Source: Pristiophorus japonicus (lineage: Eukaryota). From it: a stretch of 64,000 bases of DNA. Shown here piece after piece: positions 1 through 13,440 of the stretch; position 1 is the first letter of the stretch; each line of letters opens with the position of its first letter. Made by a program: the position numbers and the translations under genes. The DNA lies in assembly GCF_044704955.1 (NCBI RefSeq), contig NC_091984.1, positions 143,530,001 to 143,594,000 on the forward strand, written 5' to 3'. The notes under the pieces are model-generated. The model saw nothing but the letters and a program-made list of their open reading frames with translations, ran no database searches and was not told the DNA's origin.

Positions 1-260
1 GAGAGGAGCAGTCAGTGTATCACCGTGTACATGTCCCTGAATGTTAGTGTGGCTTACCTAGCACCGCCTGTAGGTGTGTGTGTGTGTGTGTGAGTGTTAC
101 CCAGCATTGTTATGTCGGCCTGAGGAGTGCTCCGCGGTGATGCGGTCTTTAAGGGACTGTGGGGGAGGAGGGGAGTGGAGGGGTGACCAGGGCGATGATC
201 AGGGGCTGACCTTGTGTGGAATGGTGGGGACCAGGGCGATCGGGGGGGTGTTCTCAGGGA

Positions 261-1830
261 GTCTCACCAATACCCTGTGCAGATGTAGCAGGACTTCTCT
301 GCTTTTATACTCCATCCCCCTTACAATAAAGGGCAACATTACATTAGCTTCCCTTATCACTTGCTGTACCTGCATACTAACTTTTTGTGTTTCATGCACC
401 AGGACCCCCAGGTCCCTCTGTACTGCAGCAGTTTGCAAGTTTTCTCCTTTTAAATAATAAATTGCTTTCCTATTCTTTCTGCCAAATGGATAACCTCACA
501 TTTTCCCACATTATACTCCATCTGCCAACGTTTTGCCCACTCACTGAGCCTGTCTATATCCCTTTGCAGATTTTTAGTGTCCTCTTCACAATGTGCTTTC
601 CCAGCCACCATCATAGGCAGTCCCTCGGAATTGAGGAAGACTTGCTTCCAATCTTAAAATGAGTCGTTAGGTGACTGAGCAGTCCAATACGAGAACCACA
701 GTCCCTGCCACAGGTGGGACAGACAGTCACTGAGGGTAAGGGAGGGTGGGACAGGTTTGCTGCACGTTCCTTCCGCTGCCTGCACTTGATTTCTGCATGC
801 ACCACGGCGATGAGATGCGAAGTGCTCAGCGCCATCCCAGATACATTTCCTCCACTTCGGGAAGTCTTTGGCCAGGGTCTCCCAGGTGTCAGTGGGGATT
901 TTTCACTTCATCAGGGAGGCTTTGAGGGTGTCCTTGTAACGTTCCTCTGCCCACCTTTGGCTAGTTTGCCGTGAAAGAGTTCCGAGTAGAGCGAGTATTC
1001 AAAAAGGAGTTAGATGTAGTCCTTACTACTAGGGTTAGGGTTAGGGGTCAAGGGGTATGGCGAGAAAGCAGGAATGGGGTACTGAAGTTGCATGTTCAGC
1101 CATGAACTCATTGAATGACGGTGCAGGCTCGAAGGGCCGAATGGCCTACTCCTGCACCTAGTTTCTATGTTTCTATGTTTCTATGTTTGGGTGTCTTGTA
1201 TCTGGCATGTGGACAATGTGGCCTGCCCATGGAGCTGATCAAGTGTGGTCATGCTTCAATGCTGGGGATGTTGACCTGGTCGAGGACACTAATGTTGGTG
1301 CGTCTGTCCTCCCAGCAAATTTTGCTACTTTACACTCAGTTCCTTCGTCATTAATAGAGATTGGAAATAATTGAGGCCACAGCACCGATCCCTGTGGCAC
1401 CTCACTAGTTACTGTTTGCCAAAGGGAAAATGACCCATTTATCCTGATTCTCTGTTTTCTGTTAGTTAGCCAATCTTCTATCCATGCTAATATATTACCC
1501 CCAACCCCGTGAACTTTTATCTTGTGTCTTTTATGTGGCACCTTATCGAATGCCTTCTGGAAATACAAATACACCACATCCACTGGTTCCCCTTTGTCCA
1601 CCCTGCTCGTTACATCCTCAAAGAATTCCAGCAAATTTGTCAAACATGATTTCCCTTTCATAAAACCATGCTGACTCTGCTTGATTGAAATACGCTTTTC
1701 CAAATGTCCTGCTACTGCTTCCTTAATAATGGACTCCAGCATTTTCCCAACGACAGATGTTAGGCTAACTGGTCTATAGTTTCCTGCTTTCTGTCTGCCT
1801 CCTTTTTTAAATAGGGGCGTTACATTTGCT
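261..1830. mobile_element. Interleaved CR1 and RTE fragments
   Basis: CR1 RT pieces (261-603, 1319-1830 minus; 993-1185 plus); RTE 3' end with CPTCGRDCGSRIGLLSH zinc finger (608-992 minus). Confidence 0.85.
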
Positions 1831-1897
1831 GTGCGTGCTTTGGAGAGGGCGTTAAAAGGAGCGGCGACATCCAGAATACCAGATTTTGCCTCAATTC

Positions 1898-2315
1898 AAC
1901 AACAACAACTTGTATTTATATAGCGCCTTTAACGTAGTGAAATGTCCCAAGGCACTTCCCAGGCGTATTATGAGATACAAAATTTGACACCAAGTCACAA
2001 AAGAAGAAATTAGTGTAGGTGACTAAAGAGGTATGTTTTAAGGATCGTCTTGAAGGAGGAAAGAGAAGTAGAGAGGCGGAGAGGTTTAGGGAGAGAGTTC
2101 CAGAGCTTGGGGTCTCGGCAACAGAAGGCACGGCCACCAATGGTTGAGCGATTATAATCAGGGATGCTCAGGAGGGCAGAATTGGAGGAGCACAGACATT
2201 TCGGGGGCTTGTGGGGCTGGAGGAGATTACAGAGATAGGGAGGGGCGAGGCCATGGAGGGATTTGAAAACAAGGATGAGAATTTTAAAAATCGAGGCATT
2301 GCTTAACCGGAAGCT
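1898..2315 (-). mobile_element. L2-clade LINE 3' end
   Basis: FKILILVFKSLHGLAPPYL...GGRAF...LWNSLP; (TTG)n tail; homologous to 15546-16245. Confidence 0.8.
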
Positions 2316-3868
2316 GATGTTGGTCTCTACCCTCCCCTTTCCCCCGCCCCCCCGAGCTGCTCCCAAGCCTCGCTCCCTCCCCTCCCTCACTCCTGCCTTC
2401 CTCACACCCCATCCCTCCTTCTCCCTCCCCCCAATCCCAACCCTCCCATCCATCACCCTGCACTCCCTCCCCACCTCCGTGCCCCCCTACCTCACATGCC
2501 CCTCCTCCCCCCCCCATCCTCTCTGTCCCTCCCAAACTGGAGTAGCCCATTCGGCCCCTCGAGCCTGCTCCACCATTCAATGAGATCATGGCTGATCATT
2601 TATCACAACTCCACTTTCCTGCACTGTCCCCATATCTCTCGATTCCCTTAATATCCAAAAATCTATCGATCTCCATCTTAAATATACTCAACGACTGAGC
2701 CTCCACAGCCCTCTGGGGTAAAAAAATTCCAACGATTCACTACATTTTCTGAGTGAAGAGGTTTCTCCTCATCTCAGTCCTAAATAGAGGACCCCTTATT
2801 CTGAGACTGTGACCCCTGGTTCTTGACTCCCCAGCCAGAGGAAACATCCTCCCTGCATCTACCCTGTGAAGCCCTGTCAGAATTCTGTATGTTTCAATGA
2901 GATCCCCTCTCATTCTTCGAAACTAGAGAGTATAGGTCTAGTCTACTCAATCTCTCCAAAGGACAATCCCCCATCCCAGATGTCCGTCTGATGTGTCAGC
3001 GTGTTTGTCACATGTGACGGAGCAGACAGCAGGAGTTCCACCAGCAACACAGGACGTTACCTCAGTGCCCGGCCCACTTTCCCCATCCACTTACCACATT
3101 CTTACAGGTAAACGGGCTCAGCCCCTGCCCTCGGCCGGTGAAATGTCTCCCCTCTACACCACAGGCTGCCCGTCATCTGTTCCCCATCTCACTACTGAAG
3201 GCATTACCTCTGGCTGGGGCACAGCTCCCCTCCCCAAGTGGGCTCACTGTCCCAGTGTGAGCCCAGAGACTGAGCTCCCAAGTGGGCTCACTGTCCCAGT
3301 GTGAGCATTTCAGGCTAATCGACCATGAGGTCTCAGCCGTGGCTCAGTCACTAGCACGCTCGTCTCTGAGAAAAGAAAGAAAGACTAGCATTTATATAGC
3401 GCCTTTCACAACCGCCAGACATCCCAAATGCTTTACAGCCAATGAAGTAATTTTTGAAGTGTACTCACTGTCGTAATGTCGGATATGCAGCAGCCAATTT
3501 GTGCACAGCAAGCTCCCACAAACTGCAATGTGATGATGACCAAATAACCTGTTTTTGTTATGTTGATTGAGGAATAAATATTGGCCAGGACACCGCAGTG
3601 GGATTTGAACCCTCAAATTCTGACTCAGAGACTAGGGTGCTACCAACTGAGCCACTGGCTGACTCCATTCGGCCCATCTTGTCCGCGCTGGCCGACAAAG
3701 GGCTATCCAGCCTAATCCCACTTTCCAGTTCTGGGTCCGTAGCCCTGTAGGTTACGGCACTTCAAGTGTATATCCAAGTACTTCTTAAATGTGGAGATTG
3801 TTTCTGCCTCTACAACCCTTTCAGGCAGTGAGTTCCAGACCCCCACCATCCTCTGGGTGAAGGCATTT

Positions 3869-6235
3869 CATAAGAACATAACAACATAAGAATTAGGAAC
3901 AGGAGTAGGCCATCTAGCCCCTCGAGCCTGCTCCGCCATTATACAAGATCATGGCTGATCTGGCCGTAGACTCAGCTCCACTTACCCGCCCGCTTCCCAG
4001 AACCCTTAATTGCCTTATTGGTTAAAAATCTATCTATCTGTGATTTGAATACATTCAATGAGCTAGCCTCAACTGCTTCCTTGGGCAGAGAATTCCACAG
4101 ATTCACAACTCTCTGGGAGAAGAAATTTCTTCTCAACTTGGTTTTAAATTGGCTCCCCCATATTTTGAGGCTGTGCCCCCTAGTTCTCGTCTCCCCGACC
4201 AGTGGAAACAACCTCTCTGCCTCTATCTTGTCTATCCCTTTCATTATTTTAAATGTTTCTACAATATCACCCCTCATCCTTCTGAACTCCAACGAGTAAA
4301 GACCCAGTCTACTCAATCTATCATCATAAGGTAACCCCCTCATCTCTGGAATCAGCTGAGTGAATCGTCTCTGTACCCCCTCCAAAGCTAGCATATACTT
4401 CCTTAAGTAAGGTGACCAAAACTGCACGCAGTACTCCAGGTGCGGCCTCACCAATACCCTGTACATTTGCAGCAGGACCTCCCTGCTTTTGTACTCCATC
4501 CCTCTCGCAATGAAGGCCAACATTCCATTCGCCTTCCTGATTACCTGCTGCACCTGCAAACTAACTTTTTGGGATTCATGCACAAGGACCCCCAGGTCCC
4601 TCTGCACCGCAGCATGTTGTAATTTCTCCCCATTCAAATAATATTTCCTTTTACTGTTTTTTTTTTCCAAGGTGGATGATCTCATATTTCCTGACATTGT
4701 ATTCCATCTGCCAAACCTTAGCCCATTCGCTTAATCTATCTAAATCTCTTTGCAGCTTCTCTGTGTCCTCTACACAACCCGCTTTCCCACTAATCTTTGT
4801 GTCATCTGCAAATTTTGTTACGTTACACTCTGTCCCCTCTTCCAGGTCATTGTAAACAGTTGTGGTCCCAGCACCGATCTCTGTGGCACACGACTAACCA
4901 CTGATTCCAACCCGAAAAGAATCCATTTATCCCGAATCTCTGCTTTCTGTTAGCCAGCCAATTCTCTATCCATGCTAATACATTTCCTCTGACCCCGCGT
5001 ACCTTTATCTTCTGCAGTAACCTTTTGTGTGGCACCTTATTGAATGCCTTTTGGAAATCTAAATACACCACATCCATCGGTACACCTCTATCCACCATGC
5101 TTGTTATATCCTCAAAGAATTCCAGTAAATTAGTTAAACATGATTTCCCCTTCATGAATCCATGTTGCGTCTGCTTGATTGCACTATTCCTATGTAGATG
5201 ACCCGCTATTTCTTCCTTAATGATAGCTTCAAGCATTTTCCCACTACAGATGTTAAACTAACCGACCTATAGTTACCTGCCTTTTGTCTGCCCCCTTTTT
5301 AAAACAGAGGCGTCACATTAGCTGCTTTCCAATCCGCTGGTACCTCCCCAGAGTCCAGAGAATTTTGGTAGATTATAACGAATGCATCTGCTATAACTTC
5401 CACATCTCTTTTAATACCCTGGGATGCATTTCATCAGGACCAGGGGACTTGTCTACCTTGAGTCCCATTAGCCTGTCTAGCACTACCCCTCTAGTGATAG
5501 TGATTGTCTCAAGGTCCTCCGTTCCTACATTCACGTGACCAGCAATTTTTGACATGGTTTCTGTGTCTTCCACTGTGAAGACCGAAGCAAAATAATTGTT
5601 TAAGGTCTCAGCCATTTCCACATTTCCCATTATTAAATCCCCCTTCTCATCTTCTAAGGGACCAACATTTACTTTAATCACTCCTTTCCGTTTTATATAT
5701 CGGTAAAATCTTTTACTATCTGTTTTTATGTTTTGCGCAAGTTTACTTTCGTAATCTATCTTTCCTTTCTTTATTGCTTTCTTAGTCATTCTTTGCTGTC
5801 GTTTAAAATTTTCCCAATCTTCTAGTTTCCCACTAACCTTGGCCACCTTATACCCATTGGTTTTTAATTTGATACTCTCCTTTATTCCTTGGTTATCCAC
5901 GGCTGGTTATCCCTTCTCTTCCCGCCCTTCTTTTCACTGGAATATATTTTTGTTGAGCACTATGAAAGAGCTCCGTCCAGTCCTCCACTGTTCCTCAATT
6001 GTGCCACCGTTTAGTCTGTGTTTCCAGTCTACTTTAGCCAACTCTGCCCTCATCCCACTGCAGTCCCCTTTGTTGAAGCACAGTACGCTCGTTTGAGACA
6101 CTACTTCCTCACCCTCAATCTGTATTACAATATCAACCATACTGTGATCACTCATTCCGAGAGGATCTTTTACTTGGAGATCGTTTATTATTCCTGTCTC
6201 ATGACACAGGACCAGATCTAAGATAGCTTGCTCCC
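3869..6235 (-). mobile_element. CR1 LINE 3' part
   Basis: RT and C-terminal ORFs 3972-5900; CATAAGAA tail; splits an older CR1. Confidence 0.9.
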
Positions 6236-7035
6236 TGCTCCCTTCCCCTCACATACCCTCGAAACCTCCGACCAATTACTTTAAATCTATGCCCCCTGGT
6301 TGTTGACCCCTCTGCTAAGGGAAATAGATCCTTCCTATCCACTCTACTTCAGCCCCTCATAAGTTTATACACCTCAATAAGGTCTCCCCTCAGCCTCCTC
6401 TGTTCCACGGAAAACACCCCCAGCCTATCCAATCTTTCCTCATGGCTAAAATTTTCCAGTCCAGGCAACATCCTCGTAAATCTGCCTTTGTGCAATTGGT
6501 TGTAAAGCACCTTTGGATGTCCTGAGGTGGTGAAAGGCGCTATATAAATTCAAGGCTTTCTTTCATTGAAGTGGGAGGGCCCTGATCCTAACCCTCACCC
6601 ATTGTCCGCGCACTCTGACCTTCCAGGAGGTCACGGGATCATTGGGAGCAGTGACCCTGTCTGACCTCGGTATTTTGAGGCTAATTGTCGCCTCACCCTT
6701 GACCTCACCCCGGTGCTGGGCAGCAAGCTTTTAAATACAATCTAGAAGCTTCTACACCGTCACCCAACATGAAGCCTTGCTGAAGTGTGTTTATACAAGT
6801 GTGTCGCAATATTCCCAGATAAAGTTCTCCCGATCTGTGTGTGATCTGAGCTTTCTCACTGCTGAGCCTGTTTCCCCTGTATCCACCCATCTACAGTTCG
6901 AGCTTCCTGCCAGTGAACAGCATCTTAACGGGACACTCAGTCTTTACCGACTCTTACTGTTAACCATTTCAGTGCTGAATGTGTGCCAACCCTGCACTGC
7001 AGATGTTTATACAACAGTCCAATATGATTTTGAGT

Positions 7036-7330
7036 ATCAGCCATAGCTCAGTGCGTTGCACTCTCGCCTCTGAGTCAGAAGGTTGTGGGTTCAAGTCCCA
7101 CTCCAGGGACTTGAGCACAAAAATCTAGGCTGACACTCCAGTGCAGTGCTGAGGGAGAGCTGCACTGTTGGAGGGGCCGTCTTTCAGATGAGACGTTAAA
7201 CCGAGGCCCAGTCTGCCCTCTCAGGTGGATGTAAAAGATCCCAGGACGCTATTTTGAAGAAGAGCAGGGGAGTTCCCCCCGGTGTCCTGGTCAATATTAA
7301 TCCATCAAGCAACATGACAGAAGAACACAT
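7036..7330 (+). mobile_element. tRNA-derived SINE (related copies at 12705-12985 and 3330-3660)
   Basis: A-box-like TAGCTCAGTG and B-box-like GGTTCAAGTCC, with a body shared among copies. Confidence 0.75.
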
Positions 7331-8703
7331 TATCACCACACTCTGAGTGAAGATGTTTATCCTCATCTCAGTTCGAAATGGCTGACCTCTTATTCGGAGA
7401 CTGTGACCCCTGGTTCTCGACTCCCCAGCCAGACGAAACATCCTCCCTGCATCTACCCTGTAAAGCCTTGTCAGAATTGTATATGTTTCAATGGGATCCC
7501 TTCTCATTCTTCAAAACTCTAGAGAGTACAGACCTTGGAACTTGCGGAACCAGGTGGGTAGATGGAGTTCAGATACAGATGAGCAATGATCTGATTGAAT
7601 GGGGGAACAGGCTCAAGGGGCTGAATGGCCTCCTCCTGTTCATTGTGTCCAGCAGCAGCTGTGTACCTCTCCGCAACCTCATCTTGACTTTTATCAGTCG
7701 CATCAGAGCCTTGATTCCCTCACCAGGGGGTTGGTGTTTCCAGATCAATGTCCAGCTGATCGATGCCATGAGTCAGACTCAGTGAGCGCTGTCAGAGGAT
7801 GGAAAGGCTGCTCTCACTGCAGCCTTGTTCTAATGCATTTGGGGAGGGGCAACAAGGCAAGGGAATTCACAATAAATGGAATGGTACTGAGAGGGGTGGA
7901 GGAACGGAGGGACCTTGGAGTGCATGTCCACAGATCCCTGAAGGTAGCAGGCCAGGTCGATAAGGTGGTTAAAAAGGCATATGGAATACTTGCCTTTATT
8001 AGCTGAGGCATTTGAATACAAGAGCAGGGAGGTTATGCTTGAACTGTATAAAACACTAGTTAGGCCACAGCTAGAGTACTGCGTGCAGTCCTGGTCACCA
8101 CATTACAGGAAAGATGTGATTACAGGAAAGATGTGATTACAGAGGAGATTCACGAGGATGTTGCCAGAACTGGACAATTTTAGCTCTGAGGGAAGATTGG
8201 ATCTGCTGGGGGTGTTTTCTTTGGAACAGAGGAGGCTGAGGGGAGACCTTATTGAGGTGTGTAAAATGATGAGGGGCCTAGATAGAGTGGATAGAATGGA
8301 CCCATTTCCCTTAGCAGAGGGGTCAACAACCAGGGGGCATAGATTTAAAATAATTGGTGGAAGGTTTAGAGGGGAGATGAGGAAACAATTCTTCACCCAG
8401 AGGGTGGTGGGGGTCTGGAACTCACTGCCTGAAAGGGTGGTAGAGGCAAAAACTCTCACCACATTTAAAAAGTACTTGGATGTGCACTTAAAGTGCCGTA
8501 ACTCACAGGGCTACGGACCCAGAGCTGTGTAGCTCTTTGTTGACCGGCGCGGACATGATGGGCCGAAATGGCCTCCTTCCGTCCTGTAATTTTCTGTGAT
8601 TCTATGGTGGTGTTGACCACTTTAAAAGACGCAGCATACATTTTATTGAAACTATTTCTGTTCCCGGTTTCCCCGCTGCCAATAATTGGATCAATTGATG
8701 CTG

Positions 8704-8719
8704 CAGCGCCCCCTTGTGG
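8704..8719 (-). promoter_or_regulatory. CTCF-like site
   Basis: CCACAAGGGGGCGCTG on minus, in a short non-repeat island. Confidence 0.55.
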
Positions 8720-9029
8720 TACATCTATATGTGCTCCACCCAAACCCCTGCTTTCAACCCTTGAACCCACATTGCCTATGCTTGCTGGAGCCCCGCTCCT
8801 TTATCACAGCATCTCACAGCACAGAGGGAGGCTATTCGGCCTATCAAACCTGTGCTGGCTCTTTGAAAGAACTGTGGACTACAATGGCCTCGACTAATGA
8901 TCCAGAGACACGAGTTCAAATCCCACCACGGCAACTGGGGAATTTAAATTCAGTTGATTAAATAAATTTGGAATAAAAAGCTAGTGTCAGTAATGGTGAC
9001 CATGAAACTGCCGGATTGTCACAAAAACC

Positions 9030-12000
9030 CATCGACCTGGCCTGCTCCCTTCAGGGATCTGTGGACATGCAAACCCAGGTCCCTTTGTTCCTCGACACCT
9101 CTCAGTGTCCTACCATTTAATGTGTATTCCCTTGCCTTGATAGACCTCCCCAAATGCATGACCTCACACTTCTCCGGATTAAATTCCATTTGCCACTGTT
9201 CTGCCCACCTGATCATTTCATTGATATCTTTCTGCAATCTGCAGCTCTTTTCTTCATTATCAACCACATGACCGATTTTAGTATCATCTGCAAACTTCTG
9301 AATCATACCCCCTACATTCAAGTCCAAATCATTGATATGTACCACAAAAAGTTAGGGACCTTGTACTGACCTCTGCAGAACCCCACTGGAAACAGCCTTC
9401 CAGTCACAAAAACACCCATCAACCATTACCCTTTGCTTCCTGCCTCTGAGCCAATTTTGGATCCAACTTGCAACTTTGCCCTGGATCTCATGGGCTTTTA
9501 CCTTCGTGACCAGTCTGCAATGTGGCACCTTATCAAAAGTCTTGGTAAAATCCATATACACTACATCAAATGCACTGCCCTCATCGACCCTCCTTATTAC
9601 TTCTTCGGTGAATTCAATTAAGTTCGTCAGACACGACCTTCCCTGAACAAATCCATCCTGACTGTCCTTGATTAATCCCTCTATCTTAATGAAGATTTAA
9701 CCTGTCTCTCAGGAGTTTTTTCCAATAACTTTCCCACTACTGAGGTTAGGCTGACTGGCCTGTAATTACTCGGTCTATCCCTTTCTCCCTTTTTAAACAA
9801 AGATACAATGTTAGCAGTCCTCCAGTCCTCCTGCACCACACCTGTAGCCAGAGAGGATTGGAAAATGATGGTCAGAGCCTCTGCTATTTCCTCTTTTGAT
9901 TCTCTTAATAGCCTGGGATACATTTCATCCGGGCCAGGGGATTTATCCACTCTCAAAGCTGCTAAGCTCCTTAATACTTCCTCTCTCACTATGTTTCTTT
10001 CATCTCATATTTCCCACTCCTCCTCCCTGATTGCAATGTCTGCATTGCTCCTCTCTTTTGTGAAAACAGATGCAAAGTGTTCATTAAGAACCAGACCCAC
10101 GTTTTATGCCTCCACACACAGATTACCTTTATGGTCTCTAATAGGCCCAACTCTTTCTTTAATTATCCTCCTGCTCGTAATGTATTTATAAAACATCTTT
10201 GGGTCTTCCTTGATTTTACTTGCCAAAATGTTTTCATGCTCTCTCTATGCTTTCCTAATTTACTTTTTAATTGCACCCCTGCACTTTCTATACCCCTCTA
10301 AAGTTCCTGCAGTATTGAGCCCTCGGTATCTGTCATAAGCCTCCCTTTTTTAATTTATCCTACACTGTATTTCCCTTGACATCAAGAGGCCTCGAGATTT
10401 GTTAGCCCCACTTTTTCTTTAAGGGAACAGACTTACTCTGAAACTACAGGATTTCCTCCTTGAATGCCTCCCACTGCTCTGACACTGATTTACCTTCAAG
10501 TAGCCGTTTCCAGTCCACTTTGGCCAAATCTCATCTCAGCTCAGCAAAATTGGCTTTTCCCCAACTGAGAACTTTTATTCCTGCTCTATCTTTGTCCTTT
10601 TCCATAACTACCCTAAATCTAACTGAATTATGATCACTAGCACCAAAATGCTCTCCCACTGATACCCCTTCCACCTGCCCCTCTTCATCCCCCCAAACCA
10701 AGTCCAGAACCGTCCCCTCCCTTGTTGGGCTTGTTACAAACTGGCTAAAAAAGTTCTCCTGAAGGCATTTTAGGAATTCCGCACCCTCTATATCTTTCAC
10801 ATTAATTTTATCCCAGTTAATATTAGGGTAGTTGAAATCCCCTACTATAACTGCCCTATAGTTTTTGCACTTGTCAGAAATGGGCCGACATATTTGATCT
10901 TCTCTCTCCCTCTGACTGTTTGGGGGTCTATAGTACACTCCCAGCAGTGTGATTACCCCTTTTTCGTTCTTCAATTCGACCTATATGGCCTCATTTGATG
11001 ATCTTTCCGACATATCATCCCTCCTCATAGCTGTAATTGTTTCTTTCAATTGTTTCAGAACAGCGACCCCCTCCTTTTTTATCCCCCTCTCTATCCCGTC
11101 TGAAATCCTGTAACCAGGAATGTTGAGCTGCCATACCTGCCCTTCTTTCAGCCATGTCTCAGTAATAGCTATAATATCGTACTCCCAAGTGTCTATCTGT
11201 GCTCTCAGCTCATCTGCCTTATTCCCTATACTCCATGCATTGAAGTATATACCATTTAGCACTGCCAAACTGCCTTGTTGTCTATTTTCTAGGCTTTGTT
11301 TCCTCTGTCTTCCAAAATCACTTTCTATTTTTCTGCTTTCCAATTCCAGCTTTGCTTCTCTTCCCACTGAATCCATTCTCAGGTTCCCATCCCCTGGCAA
11401 GCAAGTTTAAACCCTCCCCAAAGGCAATAGCAAATCCCCCCACAACGATATTCGTCCCGGCTCTGTTGAGGTGCAACCCATCCGGCTTGTACAGGTCCCA
11501 CCTGCCCCAGAAATGGTCCCAATGCCTTAGGAAACTAAAGCCCTCTCTCCTGCAACATCTTTCTAGCCATGTAGTCATCTGCTCTACCCTCCTATTTCTG
11601 TAGTCACTATTGTGAGCTCAAAATAAAGTGTGACGTTAGTCTTTTTTGCAGGTCTCCAGAGTGCCCCCGCATCCTGTGAAGCCTCCTTAAATACCTTTGC
11701 TCTCAAGCGATTATGGGATTCCTTGGGACTCCAGGGGATGAGCCCTTTGGTGGCTGTACATAGTAAATACAAGTCCACATATACAACAACTAGCACGTGG
11801 CACTGGCAGTAATACGGAGATTACTACCTTTGAGGTCTTGCTTTTTTATCTCTCTCCTTGGTCCCTACTCTCCCCCTGTAGGATCTCATCCCTCTTTCTA
11901 CCTGTGTCATTGGTACAGATATGGACCACAACCTCTGGCTGTTCACCCTCCCCCCTCAGAATGTACTGCAGCCTCTCAGTGACATCCTTGACCCTGGCAC

Positions 12001-12545
12001 CAGGCAGGCAACATACCATCCTGGAGTCACGTCTGCGGCCGCAAAAATGCCTGTCTGTTCCCCGAACTATCGAATCCCCTACCACTATTGCTCTTCCACT
12101 CTTCTTCCTCCTCCCTGTGCAGCTGAGCCACCCGTGGTGCCGTGGACTTGGCTCTGGCTGCATTTCCTAGAGGTACCATCGCCCCCACCAGTACTCAGAA
12201 CACAATACTGGTTGGAGAGCGAGATGGACTCAGGGGACTCCTGCACTACCTGCCTGGACCTCCTCTTCTGTCTGGTGGTCACCCATTCCCTCTCTGCCTG
12301 CACAGTCTTAAGCTGCGGGGTGACCACCTCTAGAAACGTGTTATCCACGAAGTTCTCAGCCTCATGGATGCACCGTAGTGACTCCAGCCACCGCTCAATC
12401 TCCGAAACGCGGAGCTCGAGTTGCTGTAGCTGGTGACACTTCCTGCACATGTGGTCGTCCAGGCCACGAGAAGTGTCCAGGACTTCCCACATGGCACAGG
12501 ATGTGCACTGCACGGGATAGAACTGCTCTGCCATGCCTCTATTTA
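9030..12545 (-). mobile_element. Degraded long CR1 LINE with ORF1 (CxxC...CxxC, coiled coil, SGNH) and ORF2 pieces
   Basis: ORFs 12085-12669, 11846-12163, 11318-11578, 10531-11400 and 9019-9989. Confidence 0.9.
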
Positions 12546-12990
12546 ATAGACTGAGAAGTGACTGAGCAGAAATAAACTTAAAACTATTAAAAAAACAAAT
12601 AATAGCCTGGCCTACATCAGTTAGGCCATAATTTGTGGATTCTTTCATCCCACTGAGGGCGAACACCATCGATGGGCCATTAATGGTCTTAAGTTTTCAG
12701 CTCAGTCAGCTGTGGCTCAATGGGCAGCACATTCGTCTCTGAGTCCAAAAGTTGTAGGTTCAAGTCCCACTCCAGAGACTAAGCTCAGAAATCTAGACTG
12801 ACAGTCCCAGTGCAGGACTGAGGTAGTGATGCACTGTTGGAGGAGCCGTCTTTCTGGTGAGAGGTTAAACCGAGGCCTTGCCTGCCCTCTCAGGTGGGTG
12901 TTAACAATCCCATGCCACTACTTTGAAGAAGAGCAGGGGAGTTTTGCCTGGTGTCCTGGCCAATATTTATTCCTCAATCAAAATCAGACT

Positions 12991-13440
12991 GGGGACGAAA
13001 TTGCCCTGCTGTGCACCTACCATTAGTGCCTCAAGGGGATGTGACAGTGTTTTCCCCGGGGAGGTGGGGACAGCTACCAGCTCCCGCGGGATTTAGCAGA
13101 AACACGCAACGGAGAACGTCCCATGAGCCGTGTCTGTGCCAGTCCTGAGGGTCACGAACCGGTCCGCACTTCGCTGGCGAGGTGAAGCTTACTGCGATGT
13201 GCGTGTTGCCATTTGTTTTTGCCGAATTACCGGTTGGGCCTTTCTGTGCCAATGTGGCGGGGTCGGTGCTGCGATGGTGCAGCCCAACACTCGCCCCCCC
13301 GAGCCCACCCCCAGGGGAAGTGCAGTGCACCACATTGCGCTCCACTTCCTGTCAGGGGCCGCGACCCCAATTTCGCTTCCGGGGCGGGACTTCGTCGTGG
13401 GAAAAGTTACTGCACCATCCGGGGCAATACGCAATTTGGG
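12991..13440. mobile_element. GC-rich non-autonomous DNA transposon-like element
   Basis: GGGGACGAAATTGCCC...GGGGCAAT imperfect inverted ends; interrupts a SINE. Confidence 0.45.

Larger units (their letters stand above)
58..7788 (-). pseudogene. Scattered exon relics of a second MROH-like copy
   Basis: 7641-7788 (acceptor; NTNPLVR/GIKALMRL...QLLLDTM), about 3095-3260 (..FTCKNV|GTAAGT) and 58-156 (acceptor, donor, 15-bp identity to 14437-14451), in the expected order on the minus strand. Confidence 0.4.

Noticed and set aside
7036-7110. tRNA gene
   Set aside because: A/B boxes belong to a repeated SINE head that continues into SINE body.
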